The notes under the pieces: generated by a model | The model's database searches: none | Seen by the model: only the letters and a program-made list of their open reading frames with translations | Told to the model about the DNA's origin: nothing | Source: Bdellovibrionota bacterium | GTDB taxonomy: Bacteria; Bdellovibrionota_C; UBA2361; OMII01 | Assembly (NCBI GenBank): GCA_044356215.1 | Contig: JBIKWQ010000009.1 | Span: 1-59,938, forward strand | Reading direction: 5' to 3' | DNA length: 59,938 nucleotides | In this document: in pieces, positions 20,763 to 31,141 of the stretch | How positions within the stretch are numbered: the first letter of the stretch is position 1 | Layout: every line of letters starts with the position of its first letter | Translations under genes and position numbers: made by a program

Positions 20763-20925
20763 TAGGGCATCGCAGTTCTTTATCACCACAGAGGACGCAG
20801 AGGACACAGAGAACGGCCATTTTATGGGCAATTATGGGGTTTTCTCTGTGTCCTCTGCGTCCTCTGTGGTAAAAAATATTTTACTAATTGTCTCACCAAC
20901 TTACCAAAAACACTGCGACACCCTG
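20763..20925. mobile_element. MITE family B with 9-bp TSD GTTATGGGC
   Basis: TIR TAGGGCATCGCAGT / ACTGCGACACCCTG; GTTATGGGC at 20754-20762 and 20926-20934; internal ACCACAGAGGACGCAGAGGACACAGAG inverted pair. Confidence 0.9.
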
Positions 20926-20996
20926 GTTATGGGCTCCCCCTTGTCGGGCGTTCCTCTTTCTGCTGACTAGTCACCCCAACCGAAAAATCAACTCAC

Positions 20997-21638
20997 TCAA
21001 CTCATTCGGCAATACACCGGGTCAAACATAGTCCTCATCGACCCGCGAGACTCAGGATCCTTAATGTACGACGCGTACAGGTGAAAGTACTGATTTAGAT
21101 CTATCCCCTCTTCCTCGAGATCGGCCTTGTAGTCCTCATCATTTAATTGGTGTTCATCTATATGACGCGCCTCGACTACACCTCCCTTACTTAGCGCAAA
21201 TGACAACATCAGCGGAATCGCCGCTCCTCGTGGCCCGATCCGGCTCATCAATGCATAACTGTCGATGAATCCCAATTCACCCAACCAAGACTCGTATTTC
21301 TCCTCATGAAGCTCCAGGCTTGGACTCCTTTTAGTCCACCCCTTTACAAACGAATTAAATGAGAGCGCATCTGGATACATAGCCAGCACCTCGCTTCGAG
21401 ATAGATCAACCGACCCAACCTCGTTCCCCTTCTCTGTATCAAAAAAGAGAACTATCCTCTCATCGTTTACCTTACCACTATCATCTACAGAGAAGCTCAA
21501 ACCCAGCCTATTTCGCCGCTCCACAAACCAGAAGTCGAACACCTGATCAAGAGAGCTAGCTTGCTCAATCCGCTCCTGTAGCTCCTGACGATGTTCCACG
21601 CTAGCCGTTTCGTTAAAACTCCACTCAAGTGCCCTCAT
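20997..21638 (-). CDS. Hypothetical acidic protein
   Basis: 213-aa ORF with AGGGAG ribosome-binding site; no recognised motif. Confidence 0.65.
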   Translation of the reverse strand: MRALEWSFNETASVEHRQELQERIEQASSLDQVFDFWFVERRNRLGLSFSVDDSGKVNDERIVLFFDTEKGNEVGSVDLSRSEVLAMYPDALSFNSFVKGWTKRSPSLELHEEKYESWLGELGFIDSYALMSRIGPRGAAIPLMLSFALSKGGVVEARHIDEHQLNDEDYKADLEEEGIDLNQYFHLYASYIKDPESRGSMRTMFDPVYCRMS

Positions 21639-21791
21639 GATTCTCTCCCTAATTAAGCGTTATTTGTGGCAGGTGTAATCACCTGAATTATTGAGACAGA
21701 TATAGTATCGAGCGCTGGGGGAAAAAGTTGCTTGTGATAAGGTAACTATTGCAGCAATCTTTAAATCCGGTGAGTAGTTACGTTACAACTT

Positions 21792-22229
21792 ATGATCGAC
21801 CTGAACGAACTTGAATTAGCCGTTATGCATGTGAGCTTTAATAGCGGAATGGAGAACGAGGCGTACCTTAATCGCGAGACGGGAGAGATCTTCTATGACT
21901 CTTCCTACGACGATCGAGACGAAGATTTTCCGGATGATGTTACAGACGATAAGAAGTACGTTATGATTCCTAGCGAACGAGATCTAAACCTGGGAATCCC
22001 TCTAAGACTCGACTTCTTCCGAAAACATGCATCTGGTTTCTACGATGAAGCCCTCGCTATATCCCGCAAACCAAAGGCCTACGTGCGCCTCCGTGAGTTA
22101 CTTGAGAGAGCAGGCCTCCTAGAAACGTGGTACAACTTTCAGCAAGAAGCGCTATATGCGGCACTGCGGCAATGGTGCGCTGACAATGAGCTTCAGATAT
22201 CCGAGGCCACATCTGCCGAACGAGCTTAG
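21792..22229 (+). CDS. UPF0158-family protein
   Basis: 'AYLNRETGEI', 'YVMIP', 'WY.F....L...LRQWCADNEL'. Confidence 0.8.
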   Translation: MIDLNELELAVMHVSFNSGMENEAYLNRETGEIFYDSSYDDRDEDFPDDVTDDKKYVMIPSERDLNLGIPLRLDFFRKHASGFYDEALAISRKPKAYVRLRELLERAGLLETWYNFQQEALYAALRQWCADNELQISEATSAERA

Positions 22230-22583
22230 CGAGAGGAACGTGTCGGTGGAGTATTCTCTTTCCTTACGTTTGGAGATGCGCACCACGATCTTGCTCTACA
22301 AGAGATCGATGGAAGTGCCTCACAATCACGGGTAACACGAGGGGATACCCCGGGCCTTTACCATACCGCTTTTGAAGTTACCTCATCGGAGGAGTTTTTT
22401 TCTATTATTGAGAAGCTTAAAGCCAAATCCCTCAGGTACGCTCCGGTCGATCACCAAATTAGCTGGGCAGCATACACATATGACCCCTCTGGCAACGGTG
22501 TAGAGATATACCTAGATAGGCGAACAGCTCCTGGCGGCAGTCGGGTATTGGGCGGCGTGAGCAAACGCCTAGAGATAGCGTGA
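22230..22583 (+). pseudogene. 5'-truncated VOC/glyoxalase-family reading frame with no start codon
   Basis: Hand translation includes 'FLTFGDAHHDLAL', 'GLYHTAFEV', 'VDHQISWAAYTYDPSGNGVEIY'. Confidence 0.75.
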
Positions 22584-22831
22584 GCAGAAGTTTATTCGCT
22601 CACTTAAAAATCGCATGACCAAGATGTGCTCAAAAACAAAGGCCGGGCGCAAAATGAGTAAGGTCAAGATGCAGCAGTGTGTTGCCAAGCAGATGCCCAA
22701 GGTTATGGCAGGTAAGAATAAGTAACCGTAGCGCTATTTTGCTCTAACTGACCACCGTTTTCTATCGCTCTCAAATCTCTGACGACTCTTTTCTAAGGCA
22801 CGCAGCTGGTAAATTAAATTACGCGGTGATA

Positions 22832-23278
22832 TCAGATGCTTATCCGCGCGCAACTCAGATTCCGCAGACAGTGTCTGCGGAATTGGCCATTGCTGATAAA
22901 AGGCCCTAAATAGTGTGACCAAGGTAGAGGAAACGGTGTCGCCGATTCCCCAGCCACTGGCTGGGGAATTGACCAAGTACTATAGAAGCGGCGCATAGAC
23001 TCAAGATTTGCCTTCGAAAAACCACGTCCGAATCGTGACGAAAGATCAACGGACAATTTAGCCAATAGCTCTTTGCCGTATTGTGCTCTTCGCTTTCCAC
23101 CCTGCTCATACTCAACGATTCTCCTACCAACATGCCAGTACGTTACTACCATTATAGTATTAACAGACCGGGCAGCGCCTCTTCTCCCGGCCTCTAGTAA
23201 TGTGCTTACATCCTTCAGCAGATCTTTGTAGCCGTCTGTGACAATCTCCGATCTCCTCGCCTTCACACCAACCTCCAC
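22832..23278 (-). pseudogene. Truncated DUF1016/YhcG-like protein (N-terminal domain only)
   Basis: 'YWHVGRRIVEYEQGG..RA.YG..LL..LS.DL..RFGRGFS..NL..MRRFY', 'LPWSHY'; the nuclease domain is missing. Confidence 0.8.
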
Positions 23279-23433
23279 CTAATCGTAAAGCTCCTTGATC
23301 TTCCTGTGAGCTTCGCGCTTGCGCTCAATGGAACCGGATATAGTATCGAGCCTTGACTAAAAAGGTTGCTGACCCTTAGTGCTCGCGATTCTTGACGACC
23401 CAGGTCAACGGCGATAGATTCACAGCCGTTCTT

Positions 23434-24303
23434 ATGCGTGAGCTGTTATTTATCCTAAAAACGGCAGTTAAGGAGGACCAAAATGGTGCAGCTGGGTAAA
23501 AGCACAAGAGATTTTGAAGTTTTCGGCGCGCAACCCTGGCACGACTCGACTGAGCTCGCCGAAGTCCGTCAGGGTGAGCGTTCGACTGAGCTCACGCCGA
23601 AGTCACCGGAAATTCAAAAGCCGCAGTGATTTTAGCCAGATGCGCCGTTTTGGGGCCCGCAACTGCCGTTTTTAGGTTTATACATGGTTTCTCTCAGATT
23701 GACCCTGAGACCTGCTCCCTTCTTCGGGCAATCAGAACTATCCTACCTGAGGCGAAAATTCATGCTCCCTCATACCATCCGAATCAGTCGCTTGCTTTAA
23801 CACGAATCGATCACGCCCTTGAGACCTGCCGCACGATAATCAATAACTCCCCGACAAAAAAACTAAACGTGATCGGTTTTTCTTTTGGCGGCTTACTGGC
23901 GGCACTCTTTGCTGCTCGCTATCCAGAATTAGTTAACAAGGTCCTCCTGTTCGCTCCAGCGATTGATAACTTTGAGCGTAATTACGCTGACAAGCCCAGA
24001 GACTCATGGACTATGCCACCCACCTTCGTTGAGGCGCTCCAGACATATCCAGCAAGACCCCCAGTTACCCGGCCAACTACTATTGTTCACGGTTCACTCG
24101 ATAATGATGAAGGAGGCGGCTCGTTTTGGCGTATCGAACGCTGGGCACAAGAGCAGAGCTTTGAGGAGATCTATCTACTTGATGGAGTCGATCACTCACT
24201 TGAGCCATGGTTGTCACAGCACACGCTCAACACTCCTACTCCCAAAGAACAACCCCTCCCAGTGTGGCCGATAACGCTGCGTGAACTCCTGATGCGCTAT
24301 TGA
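23434..24303 (+). CDS. Alpha/beta hydrolase (YqiA-like) with a MITE after codon 6; possibly expressed from GTG 23626 inside the element
   Basis: ATG 23434 MRELLF joins IHGF...; GFSFGG nucleophile elbow, 'IVHG..D', 'DHSL'. Confidence 0.75.
23454..23676. mobile_element. MITE family A with 5-bp TSD TTTAT and two nested short repeats
   Basis: TIR CCTAAAAACGGCAGTT / AACTGCCGTTTTTAGG; TTTAT on both sides; two extra TCGACTGAGCTC(A)CGCCGAAGTC units. Confidence 0.88.
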
Positions 24304-24382
24304 GAGCAGCGCCGCGACAGATTTGATCTATGGGCAGCTAAAGCAAAGTCTCCGATCTTCTTTTCGTAGCGCGACCTTTACC

Positions 24383-25381
24383 TTAATAAGTAGGCCAATA
24401 AATCTTGGTCAAAGGAATGAGCGCACGTACCTCCGCGTCGATTCTCTCGTAGTGCTCTATTATCCCGTCGACGAGCCCATTTAAATCCATCAACATTAGA
24501 GGGATCGATGCTCTCTCCGCTTCGTAGCGGGCCTCTTTCGAGAAACCACCCGTGCTTACATAAAGACCCTTATCGTCTTTGTGCCGGCCACCTAAGAAAC
24601 TTCTGACCGCATCTGCCCCCATCTGCGCCGCTCGGTGCTTAACCTCAACAATTATCCGCGGAGATTCAAAACCAAAACCATCAGGCGACGCCACGATATC
24701 CTTTCCACGGTCTGATCCGGCGGGAGATATCTGAGTCTTATAACCGATTGCACGCAACATCCCCGCTACAACCTCCTGCATCTGATCCCACTCAAGCTTA
24801 TCGAGCCGATCCTTTATAAACTCCCGAGAGCGCGACTGGATATCCTTAAGTAGATCCTCCTCTTCAGTATCACTAACATCATCAACCCCCGGAGAGACCG
24901 GAGGTTGCGCGCCTTGAAGAAGAGCATGGAGCTCTTGTGCTGGCGTGTCTGAGATGAGAAACAGAGTTGAAATAGCCCCAAGAGTATTCTTTGTAGGAAC
25001 CGAGATCTGATCACGATCCAGCTCCTTTAGCCACAACACACGCCTATAATGATTTAAATCTGAAATACCGAGCGCGCCAAACTGATAAGGCCCCGCGACC
25101 TTACCGATTAAATATACCCGGCGACTTGAGTCATAGCTAAGAACGTAATCACCCTCTTTTATCTCAAAGCAGAAACGGTAAAGTTGGCTACTAGTGATCG
25201 CTGCCTTAAGTTTCTTGTAGTGTGGATAAGTCGTGACTATCTTCTCATTGATCACTTCACGACTTAATTTAGAAACATCACCGACCTCAGCCCACCCCAT
25301 CGCAACGAGCTGCTGATCTCTAAAGTCCTCTATAAACTCCCCACCGCGCCCCGCTCGCACCATCCAAGTATTGGCCTGCAT
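24383..25381 (-). CDS. Mrr-like restriction endonuclease
   Basis: N-terminal 'WMVRAG' domain; C-terminal 'DRGKDIVA...IVEVKHR' and 'VSTGGFS..A..EA'. Confidence 0.88.
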   Translation of the reverse strand: MQANTWMVRAGRGGEFIEDFRDQQLVAMGWAEVGDVSKLSREVINEKIVTTYPHYKKLKAAITSSQLYRFCFEIKEGDYVLSYDSSRRVYLIGKVAGPYQFGALGISDLNHYRRVLWLKELDRDQISVPTKNTLGAISTLFLISDTPAQELHALLQGAQPPVSPGVDDVSDTEEEDLLKDIQSRSREFIKDRLDKLEWDQMQEVVAGMLRAIGYKTQISPAGSDRGKDIVASPDGFGFESPRIIVEVKHRAAQMGADAVRSFLGGRHKDDKGLYVSTGGFSKEARYEAERASIPLMLMDLNGLVDGIIEHYERIDAEVRALIPLTKIYWPTY

Positions 25382-25606
25382 AACTAAATTCCCGGTAAAT
25401 CATCGGATCTATCCCGACTCCGAGCCCACTCTAGCGCATGGGGAGGAATGGCTCAAATCATGGAGTGCTGTTTGCTATGCATTAGATTTAGGTCGTTGAT
25501 TCCAGGTAATAAGGGCTTTAGCTGTTGCCGCGATACTCATTCAGAGAATATGATAACTCAATTCGGCGGCACTAATGAACTTTTTGCAAACCATCCCATT
25601 AGTTTT

Positions 25607-26248
25607 ATGTTCCTGAAGCTCCTTTCTGCCTTTCTACTTATCTTGATTGCTAGCGCACCTGGATCTGCTGAACCGCCGAACGGATCGCTCTCAATTACCT
25701 ATCAACAACTCAGCGATGGAAAGCTCTCTGAATCTTATCACGAACTCACTTTGAGCTGCTACGACGGAGAGTGTTCCTTACAGTCAGTAACCTTCAACCA
25801 ATGCTGGGACAGCCCCTTGGCAAGTGCCGATAAGTCTCAAAAATATTCCTTCATAAAAGTTGAGTCATCAAGTACTAGCGATGGAGGAATTACTCTTGCA
25901 AATATCTCAGACACCAGCTTAACAGTGAGCCAGAATTTAGATGGTGCCAATCTTACCTATAGATTCGAGTTCACTACTACCGATAACCCACTTGGGACAA
26001 AGCTTCTCAAGCTTCGGCGAGATCGGTGGTTTGCCAATCTCACTGACTTTAGCGGAGCGGCTACCAAAAGCTCAGAAATGACCAAGAAAGTATATAGCTG
26101 GCAGATGGTACCGGTCCGAGGCGAGTCAGGTAGGCACTTTGCGTCAGTAAAGACTACTTGCGCCGTCAGAGTTTCCGCTCTTCCGAGCCTCGCTGTTACT
26201 CCTACCCTGATACTCGCTCCGTCAGCAGCCGATACAACAACTCCGTGA
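25607..26248 (+). CDS. Secreted hypothetical protein (start moved to ATG 25607)
   Basis: Signal peptide MFLKLLSAFLLILIASAPGSA; Cys-containing Ser/Thr-rich body. Confidence 0.6.
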   Translation: MFLKLLSAFLLILIASAPGSAEPPNGSLSITYQQLSDGKLSESYHELTLSCYDGECSLQSVTFNQCWDSPLASADKSQKYSFIKVESSSTSDGGITLANISDTSLTVSQNLDGANLTYRFEFTTTDNPLGTKLLKLRRDRWFANLTDFSGAATKSSEMTKKVYSWQMVPVRGESGRHFASVKTTCAVRVSALPSLAVTPTLILAPSAADTTTP

Positions 26249-26835
26249 CAATTCGGCAGAATATTCTTCGACTAATTAAAGTGGCATTTCTCCGAGACCG
26301 CAGTTGCTTCTCATACTTCAAGCACAACCCAATGAGCACTCACGTAGACATTAGATAACTTGTTAATATAAATGGGCTTTGACCATTGTCATAAAGCCAT
26401 TAACAACTGGAGCCACGCAAGACCTGTATCATTAGATGATACACCTCCGAACGGCTAAGACTATGTGCTTCGACGAAATGGCACCTCATCATCCGTCGCT
26501 AAAATAGAGCTACCGTTAAATAATTAAGATTATCTAGGTATTAGATGATACCGATTCTCTAGATATCAGCGGGAAGAATGATATAGCACTAGGCTATGCT
26601 CAGCTCCTACGCACTGAAATCACTAGAGTTCCAAAGAGGCGAATCCCCCGAGTAGTCCTAGCACCTCGAAATTAGTTTTCTCACAGGCACTCTTTGAGAT
26701 AACCTCAAATTTCTGCTTTAATACCCCTGGGTTTTAACAGATCCGCGGCTTTACCAAGCGATATGCCTGAGCAGCTGCGGTGACTTTTCATAGCATCGAA
26801 AATCTCAATTTAGAATTTAACGAAACTCTCTTTCT

Positions 26836-28077
26836 TTGGTATTGTCGGTGCCTAGCTCGTTTGCAAGTCGCATATGGTCTCGCGTCAAGCAAGTACTTCC
26901 TAGGTCAAAATCCGTCTCGGTATCGGAGACCACATATTCTGAGGCGGAAACATCACACATCGCCAACCTCGCACAGGACTTAGAGTTTGCTATCAGCGTC
27001 GATGCAAATGTCCGCGGTACGCGGGAGCTTTTCGATGTTAATGCGATATTGCCGGAATGTAAGCGACAGAGGGAACCAGAGCTTGGCTCGACATCAACCA
27101 GCGCGGCCGATAGCTCAGTAATACCCATAGCGGACTGGACGTCCCCCGATGAGGATGCGATCTTTTTCGCTACGATCTCCGCTCTTCAAGCTACATCGGC
27201 TAAGACCTATCAACCTGAATTAGATCTTTCTTTTTTTGCGCCCTTTGCGAGCAATCCAGGCGCCCCTGCCACTTCCCAACTAGAAAAACACCTAGCTCAA
27301 GCGTCTGGCCGTTTAAGCCTACGAAACCGCGCGAGCCGTATCACTCACAATCTTGCGGCTCGGTTCGACTTATCCGACACGGATCTACATACACTTACTA
27401 AATTGGTTAAGCGACATCGCCTAAACTACAGAGTTATTTCCGAATTCGAGATCCTACTAGCCAAAGGATACTCAGTCGATGAGCTTATGACAGCGAGCAA
27501 TATCAGAAAATTATGGCGAACCCATGAGTTCCTTCGATGTGAGATCCCACGCTACTGCCGCTCTGCTATCACCAACGGATTGATAACGAGTTCGAGTTAC
27601 TTCGCGTCATTTGAACATCCGTCCGACTTTAGTCGCCGCACTGCAGAGGTAAAGTTCAGCAGCAGTGGACAGATTCCGACGTGGAAGATGGCTGCCAGAT
27701 GGGCAACTACTCTCGGGGTCCTCCCGATATCCGAATTAGAATCCATTTTAGACTTGCGCTACCAGGCGTGGCTCGAAAACTCCAAATTTTGGCGCGATCA
27801 GCCTTCTTTCACCATTCATTTTGACCGCTCTCTTCGTGAATTGGCGACCGATATAACAGAGACAATTCCCTGGGACTATTGTTTTCCTGATCACAGGACT
27901 GACGAAGGGGATTCGAATCCCTCCGAGGAACGCATAAGAGCTCGCAGGCTGTATGAGCTAGGATTGATACCGGACATCTGGGCCGATCCCTTTGATGACA
28001 GAGTGTCGATAGACCCCGAGTTTCCGTTGCTTAAAGACTATTGGCCAAAAGGTGATAAGGGTGATGACGATGAATGA
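26836..28077 (+). CDS. Hypothetical protein, translationally coupled to an SNF2 helicase
   Basis: 413-aa ORF whose stop overlaps the helicase ATG (ATGAATGA); start position uncertain. Confidence 0.7.
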   Translation: MVLSVPSSFASRIWSRVKQVLPRSKSVSVSETTYSEAETSHIANLAQDLEFAISVDANVRGTRELFDVNAILPECKRQREPELGSTSTSAADSSVIPIADWTSPDEDAIFFATISALQATSAKTYQPELDLSFFAPFASNPGAPATSQLEKHLAQASGRLSLRNRASRITHNLAARFDLSDTDLHTLTKLVKRHRLNYRVISEFEILLAKGYSVDELMTASNIRKLWRTHEFLRCEIPRYCRSAITNGLITSSSYFASFEHPSDFSRRTAEVKFSSSGQIPTWKMAARWATTLGVLPISELESILDLRYQAWLENSKFWRDQPSFTIHFDRSLRELATDITETIPWDYCFPDHRTDEGDSNPSEERIRARRLYELGLIPDIWADPFDDRVSIDPEFPLLKDYWPKGDKGDDDE

Positions 28078-30877
28078 GATTATTCCGGTTATTGGATGTT
28101 GTGTTCGGAAAGACGGTGATAAAGAGCTGCTCGGTCGAGTAGAATCTCATGGCACTGAATCAGACAGCGGCTCAGTCTATGTCATCTGGATGAAAAGCCA
28201 GCTTCGCGAAATGATTCCAGTAGCCCGTCTCCGCAGCGGGTTTATGATAGGAATGGAGGTCCAAGATATTCCCTACTCTCGAATTCGCAGCTCTTTGGGA
28301 GAAGGAGTAGTAGTCGATACACGTCTTCTCGGTCATCGAGAGCAAGTACTTGTTGACTTTCCCGAAACCGGTCACCGGTTTTGGTTACCATGGCAGAATC
28401 TCAGATTTATAAGGGGAGTTAGAACGCAGTTAAACCTCCCTTCCTGTTCCAGTTCAGACAATGCTGAACTATTTCGCTTAAGGTGCCTCGCTGTTGCTCT
28501 TGAGATGTGGAATGAGAACACTGGAGCTCTATCAAAGATGGACATTGATCCCTTGCCCCATCAGATTCATCTTGTTCATCATATTCTTGCCTCTGGAAAC
28601 CTTAATTGGCTTATCGCTGATGACGTGGGACTTGGTAAGACCATCGAGGTGGGCATGCTTATATCTGCTCTCAAGCATCGTGGCGACTTCCGCAGAATTC
28701 TTATTGTCACTCCATCTGGTTTGACCAGGCAATGGAGGGATGAGTTAGCGATTAGATTCGGCCTGGATGATTTTCAGATTTACGGCGACGATTTCCGCGT
28801 TGACTCCCCAATTCAATGGAAACTTCATGATCATGTCATCGCCTCAGTGGATAAACTAAAGGGCGAGAATCATCTTGATCTTATCGCCCAAGCGGCTACT
28901 TGGGACTTAATAATCTTCGACGAAGCCCACCGACTAAGTCGCCGTGAATACGGCAGTAAGCTGGATGCATCAGATCGCTACCGTTTGGCCGCGGCCCTGC
29001 GACGGAAGACTGAATCTCTAATACTACTGAGCGCTACACCTCACCAGGGTATGAGTGACAAGTTCTCCGCTCTTTTAGAGCTGCTAAGACCTGAGCTTAA
29101 GTCTGCTATACGCTCCCACAACCACCAGCCAGGAATTCTTCAGCATATGGTAATCAGAAACAATAAATCTGATGTTACTGATGCGGAGGGGAACTTTATA
29201 TTCGCAGGGAAAACGACAAACGTAATATCAGCTGAACCAAGCCCTGAAACCGTGCAGTTTGAGCGTAACTTGGCTGACTATCTGCGCCGCGGATATGAGG
29301 CCTCGAGCGAAATGGATGATTTTAGCGGCAGAGCAGTAGGATTTGTAATGACCGTTTATCGGAAGTTGGCTGCTTCAAGTACCATGGCAATAGCACGAGC
29401 CTTGCGTAGACGCTTGGGCAGAATTTCTGGTGAATTGGCGAGCGTGTCAGATGTAAATCTCGAGGCTCCCGATGAACGTTTTTCTGGTGAATGGGAGGAA
29501 TCGTTAGGCGGCAGCAGGCCCGAATTTTTTGGTGGTGAGATATCTCTTCTGACTGAGCTATGCGAGGAAGCTGAAGCTTTGAGCGGAAATGACCCTAAAC
29601 TCGAATGTTTTCTCGGAGTTCTGCGCAATTCAATATTGCGGACCAATCCTACCGAAAAGATACTCATTTTTACCGAATACAGGGCAACTCAGGACTACTT
29701 AATCACCACCTTACAAAAGAGCTTTGGGCAGAATGCAGTAGTCGCCATAAATGGCAGCCAGTCTCGTGATGAACGACTATCTGCGATCAATCAATTCGAG
29801 GACTGTGCTCAATTCCTTGTTTCAACGGAAGCGGGCGGAGAGGGCATAAATCTTCAAAAGTCATGCAACATTATGTTTAATTATGATCTTCCCTGGAATC
29901 CTATGAGATTAGTCCAGAGAATTGGGCGTCTTTACAGATATGGTCAAAAGAAGAAAGTTGCTGTCTTTAATCTACAGGCTTCCGGGAGTATAGACGCTAA
30001 AGTAGTTGACCTCATGTATCAGCGACTACAGGAAGTAGTCAGGGACCTTGCCCCAGTCAGCGAGGAATTCAAGCCAGGGCTCGAGGATGAGATACTCGGA
30101 CAGATGGCCGAAATAGTAGATGTGGAAGATTTACTAAAGCAAGCTTTGAACTCGGGAATCGAACGGACAGAGGCACGAATTGAAGAGGCGCTGCAGCGAG
30201 CACGAGCAGCTGTAGTAAAGCAAAGAGAGCTGTTCAGTAAAGTTAATTCCTATGATCAGTCTGTCCCCTCTACCGACTTCTCTCTTACTCCAGAGCACCT
30301 TAGGATCTTTGTTCTAGGAATGTTTAAGAGATTAGGGATTATTATCGATAATAAAACTCACGGGGGTCTAGCGCTGGAGATCATACTGCCACCGAATATA
30401 CTGGACGAGCTTCCCGGCCTTCGTCACCGTATGGCAGTATCTTTTGATCGGTTATGGGCCTCTAATCGTTCCGGCATTCACTTGCTCGATATGGAATCGA
30501 TTTTGGTTCGTTATATGCTTCTACTTGCAAAAAGTCATGATTTCGGCGGAATTACTGCGAACCTGAGGACTGCCGATGATTCTTTCATCATGGCTGGTGT
30601 TCTAAGATGGCAGAACGATCAGGGGCGAAGAATGCGCCAGGAATTTACAGTTTTTAAATGCAAGGCGGCAAGCCAAGTTGAAATTAACCCTGAATCTATC
30701 AAGGAATGGCTGCTGCACCCTGCTACTGGCGACACTAATAATATTGATGTGAGCGAAGTAAAATCGTTTTTTGTCCAATCTGACGGAGCCGCACAGAGAC
30801 GCCTAGCTGCAGTATCTAACCGTGACCTTCATCCAGAAAACCTTCAATGGATTGGGGCGGCTTGGACCAACAAGTGA
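28070..30877 (+). CDS. SNF2/RapA-like SF2 helicase (DrmD-like architecture)
   Basis: 'PLPHQ', 'LIADDVGLGKT', DEAH, 'LSATPHQG', 'STEAGGEGINLQ', 'LPWNPMRLVQRIGRLYRYGQ'. Confidence 0.92.
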   Translation: MNEIIPVIGCCVRKDGDKELLGRVESHGTESDSGSVYVIWMKSQLREMIPVARLRSGFMIGMEVQDIPYSRIRSSLGEGVVVDTRLLGHREQVLVDFPETGHRFWLPWQNLRFIRGVRTQLNLPSCSSSDNAELFRLRCLAVALEMWNENTGALSKMDIDPLPHQIHLVHHILASGNLNWLIADDVGLGKTIEVGMLISALKHRGDFRRILIVTPSGLTRQWRDELAIRFGLDDFQIYGDDFRVDSPIQWKLHDHVIASVDKLKGENHLDLIAQAATWDLIIFDEAHRLSRREYGSKLDASDRYRLAAALRRKTESLILLSATPHQGMSDKFSALLELLRPELKSAIRSHNHQPGILQHMVIRNNKSDVTDAEGNFIFAGKTTNVISAEPSPETVQFERNLADYLRRGYEASSEMDDFSGRAVGFVMTVYRKLAASSTMAIARALRRRLGRISGELASVSDVNLEAPDERFSGEWEESLGGSRPEFFGGEISLLTELCEEAEALSGNDPKLECFLGVLRNSILRTNPTEKILIFTEYRATQDYLITTLQKSFGQNAVVAINGSQSRDERLSAINQFEDCAQFLVSTEAGGEGINLQKSCNIMFNYDLPWNPMRLVQRIGRLYRYGQKKKVAVFNLQASGSIDAKVVDLMYQRLQEVVRDLAPVSEEFKPGLEDEILGQMAEIVDVEDLLKQALNSGIERTEARIEEALQRARAAVVKQRELFSKVNSYDQSVPSTDFSLTPEHLRIFVLGMFKRLGIIIDNKTHGGLALEIILPPNILDELPGLRHRMAVSFDRLWASNRSGIHLLDMESILVRYMLLLAKSHDFGGITANLRTADDSFIMAGVLRWQNDQGRRMRQEFTVFKCKAASQVEINPESIKEWLLHPATGDTNNIDVSEVKSFFVQSDGAAQRRLAAVSNRDLHPENLQWIGAAWTNK

Positions 30878-31141
30878 AAAGGTAACCTTCAGTAGCAATA
30901 TGGTCGGCTATCATCATTTTGAGTTCGTCGGTCTTGACGGAATACCTTCCGATCATAGCAATATTATCGAACATTCCGCCGGTTAACTAAAATTTGATCC
31001 TCGCTGTAATGGCAGACCTTTCCAGTTCTAACTTGGTTATCTTATTTCTGCGAGTGCCTCTTCATTCCCTGCTCAGTGTCTGAAAATCTGGGAAAGAGCA
31101 GCGCGAGATTGCATCGCTTCGATGGATGTGAGCTCACGTTA

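Noticed and set aside
28070..30877. DISARM or BREX call for the SNF2 helicase
   Set aside because: No drmA/B/C, pglZ or brxC partners in the window.
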